Shown here piece by piece: positions 60,540 to 64,000 of a DNA stretch of 64,000 bases. Position 1 is the stretch's first letter; each line of letters starts with the position of its first letter. The DNA lies in NCBI GenBank assembly GCA_965648905.1, contig CBFGIT010000014.1, positions 1 to 64,000 of the forward strand, written 5' to 3'. The position numbers and the translations under genes were made by a program. The notes beneath the pieces are model-generated. The model did no database searches. It was not told the origin of the DNA and saw nothing but the letters and a program-made list of their open reading frames with translations. The stretch is from a candidate division WOR-3 bacterium (lineage in GTDB: Bacteria > Hydrothermota > Tepidihabitantia > Tepidihabitantales > Tepidihabitantaceae).

Positions 60540-61259
60540 ATGCACAGAGCAGGGACAATCGTCGTCATGGTGTTGGTTGCCGCGGCTCAGGCGGCGGCGT
60601 TTTCGTTCGGAGGGGAACTTGACCTGAACTCGCGCTACGTCTGGCGCGGGGTGGCGCTGAGTCAGGGGCCGGTGGCACAACCTTCAGTCTGGTTCACACT
60701 CGGGGATTTCACGTTCACGCCGTGGGCCAATATTGTGCTCTGGGGAGAAGACGATAAGTGGCAATTCAACGAACTGGACCTGACTCTATCCTATGAGAAA
60801 GAGTGGCTGGGGATTGAAGTGTCGCCCTCGCTTGCGTACTACTTCTACCCGAACCAGGAAGACGCGCCGTCCACCGCGGAGCTGGGGCTTGAGCTTTCGA
60901 GGTCGATTGGCCCGGTTGACGTCTCAACGAGTCATGCTGTCGACCTGCGGGCATACCGGGGTGCGTACTACGGGACGATTGGGCTGGAGTACGAACAGGA
61001 GTTGACTTCCGAGCTTGGCGCCGAGCTCTCGGTTGAAGCCGGCCTGGGCTCGGCCCGGTTCAACGAGAGCAACTTCAAAGTGAACAAGACCGCACTGAAC
61101 GCAATCGGGGCAGAGGTGTCGCTGGAGTGGTCGCCGGCCGGCCTTTTCTACCTGCGACCGCACGTCAATTTGAGCGCATTGGTGGATTCGGGGCTGCGCG
61201 AAGCAGCCGAAACAGGGACACTCTTTACGGCCGGACTGGCAATCGGGAAGGAGTTCTAG
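60540..61259 (+). CDS. TorF-like putative outer-membrane beta-barrel
   Basis: Signal peptide; SRYVWRG...GPVAQP, ELDLTLSY; C-terminal Phe. Confidence 0.75.
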   Translation: MHRAGTIVVMVLVAAAQAAAFSFGGELDLNSRYVWRGVALSQGPVAQPSVWFTLGDFTFTPWANIVLWGEDDKWQFNELDLTLSYEKEWLGIEVSPSLAYYFYPNQEDAPSTAELGLELSRSIGPVDVSTSHAVDLRAYRGAYYGTIGLEYEQELTSELGAELSVEAGLGSARFNESNFKVNKTALNAIGAEVSLEWSPAGLFYLRPHVNLSALVDSGLREAAETGTLFTAGLAIGKEF

Positions 61260-61262
61260 AAC

Positions 61263-62987
<1,725 letters not shown>

Positions 62988-62991
62988 AAGG

Positions 62992-63438
62992 ATGAACGAC
63001 GAGAGCAACGGTCGGCCGGTCGAAGTCCTGTTGGTCGAGGACAACATCGGCGATGTGCGTCTGACTCAGGAGGCGCTGCGCGAAGCCAAAGTCCACAACA
63101 ACCTGAGTGTGGTCAACGATGGGGTCGAGGCGATGGCTTTTCTGCGGCGGGAAGGCAAGTATGCCGGGGCTCCACGACCAGACCTGGTGCTGCTGGACCT
63201 GAACATGCCGAGAAAGGACGGTCGAGCAGTCCTCGCCGAGGTGAAGGCCGACCCTAACCTGAGACGGATACCGGTGGTTGTCCTGACGACATCCAAAGCC
63301 GAGGAGGACATCGTCCGCAGCTATGAGTTGCATGCCAACAGTTACGTGACCAAGCCGGTGGACTTCGAGCAGTTCATGAAGGTGGTGCAGTCAATCGAGG
63401 GTTTCTGGCTGACTGTGGTCAAGTATCCGAACAACTAG
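62992..63438 (+). CDS. Single-domain response regulator (Rcp1-like)
   Basis: [32 protein letters not shown]-terminus; ATG start 4 nt after kinase stop. Confidence 0.92.
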   Translation: MNDESNGRPVEVLLVEDNIGDVRLTQEALREAKVHNNLSVVNDGVEAMAFLRREGKYAGAPRPDLVLLDLNMPRKDGRAVLAEVKADPNLRRIPVVVLTTSKAEEDIVRSYELHANSYVTKPVDFEQFMKVVQSIEGFWLTVVKYPNN

Positions 63439-63453
63439 ACCAGAGGGGGATTG

Positions 63454-64000
63454 TTGAGCAGCGATTCGGTCCGAGTACTGCTGGTCGAAGACAATCCGGG
63501 TGATGCGCGGCTGCTGGCCGTGCTGCTGCAAGAGGCGGGCGGAAACGAGTTTGTTCTGACCCATGTCGAGCGGCTGGCCGATGCGGTGCAGGCGCTCAAG
63601 GCAGACAGGTTCGACGCGTTACTGCTCGACCTCTCCCTGCCTGATTCGAGCGGCATGGATACGGTGCGGACGGCCCGGGCCGCGGCCGGTCTGATACCGA
63701 TTGTCGTGATGACCGGGCTCGATGATGAGCAGAAGGCGCTCGAGGCCTTGCGCTGTGGAGCCCAGGACTATCTGGTCAAGGGGCAGCACGACGGTAAGCT
63801 GCTGGTCCGGGCACTGCGCTATGCCCGGGAGCGGGCGCGAATCGAAACGGCGCTGCGCGAGAGCGAGGAGCGATTCCGCCGGTTCTTCGAGAACGACCCG
63901 GAGTACTGCTACATGGTGGCGCCTGAAGGGACGATTCTGGACGTGAACCGGTCGGCTCTGTCGGCCCTGGGCTACAGCCGCGAGGAGCTTGTCGGCCGGC
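63454..64000 (+). CDS. Receiver + PAS domain signalling protein (runs off window end)
   Basis: VLLVEDNPGDA, LLDLSLPDSSG, GAQDYLVK, ESEERFRRFFE PAS entry; missing from the ORF track because no stop in window. Confidence 0.85.
   Translation, partial: MSSDSVRVLLVEDNPGDARLLAVLLQEAGGNEFVLTHVERLADAVQALKADRFDALLLDLSLPDSSGMDTVRTARAAAGLIPIVVMTGLDDEQKALEALRCGAQDYLVKGQHDGKLLVRALRYARERARIETALRESEERFRRFFENDPEYCYMVAPEGTILDVNRSALSALGYSREELVGR

Overview
GC-rich bacterial chromosomal window. It carries many signal-peptide proteins with CARDB/Kelch/beta-propeller modules and T9SS-type C-terminal sorting domains, which suggests an FCB-group organism (by inference, candidate division WOR-3). 0.7-6.4 kb is a small defence island: darT-darG, two hicB-hicA pairs set in purine-rich heptamer repeats, two DUF488 genes, a dual-OB-like gene and a DUF5131 remnant. 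The rest mixes secreted cargo genes with housekeeping genes (pyk, dciA, gyrB, pilB/pilC-like, thiC, pgsA-like, recN, nadK, prmC, prfA, short purH-type, CDF transporter, msrA) and signalling genes. Top finding: the minus-strand ORFs 54050-53493 and 53423-52128 are one reading frame broken by a single UGA. That UGA is followed, at the same 11-nt spacing as in E. coli fdhF, by a hairpin with an AGGUCU tip, so this is a candidate secreted T9SS-type selenoprotein. Also notable: about 11 genes with leaderless promoter architecture, 15-bp direct repeats bounding darTG, an orphan NtrC-like activator directly upstream of a sigma54 promoter, and a structured 210-nt leader. No rRNA, tRNA, CRISPR array or transposase was recognised. 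Family calls come from motif recognition by eye, not database searches.
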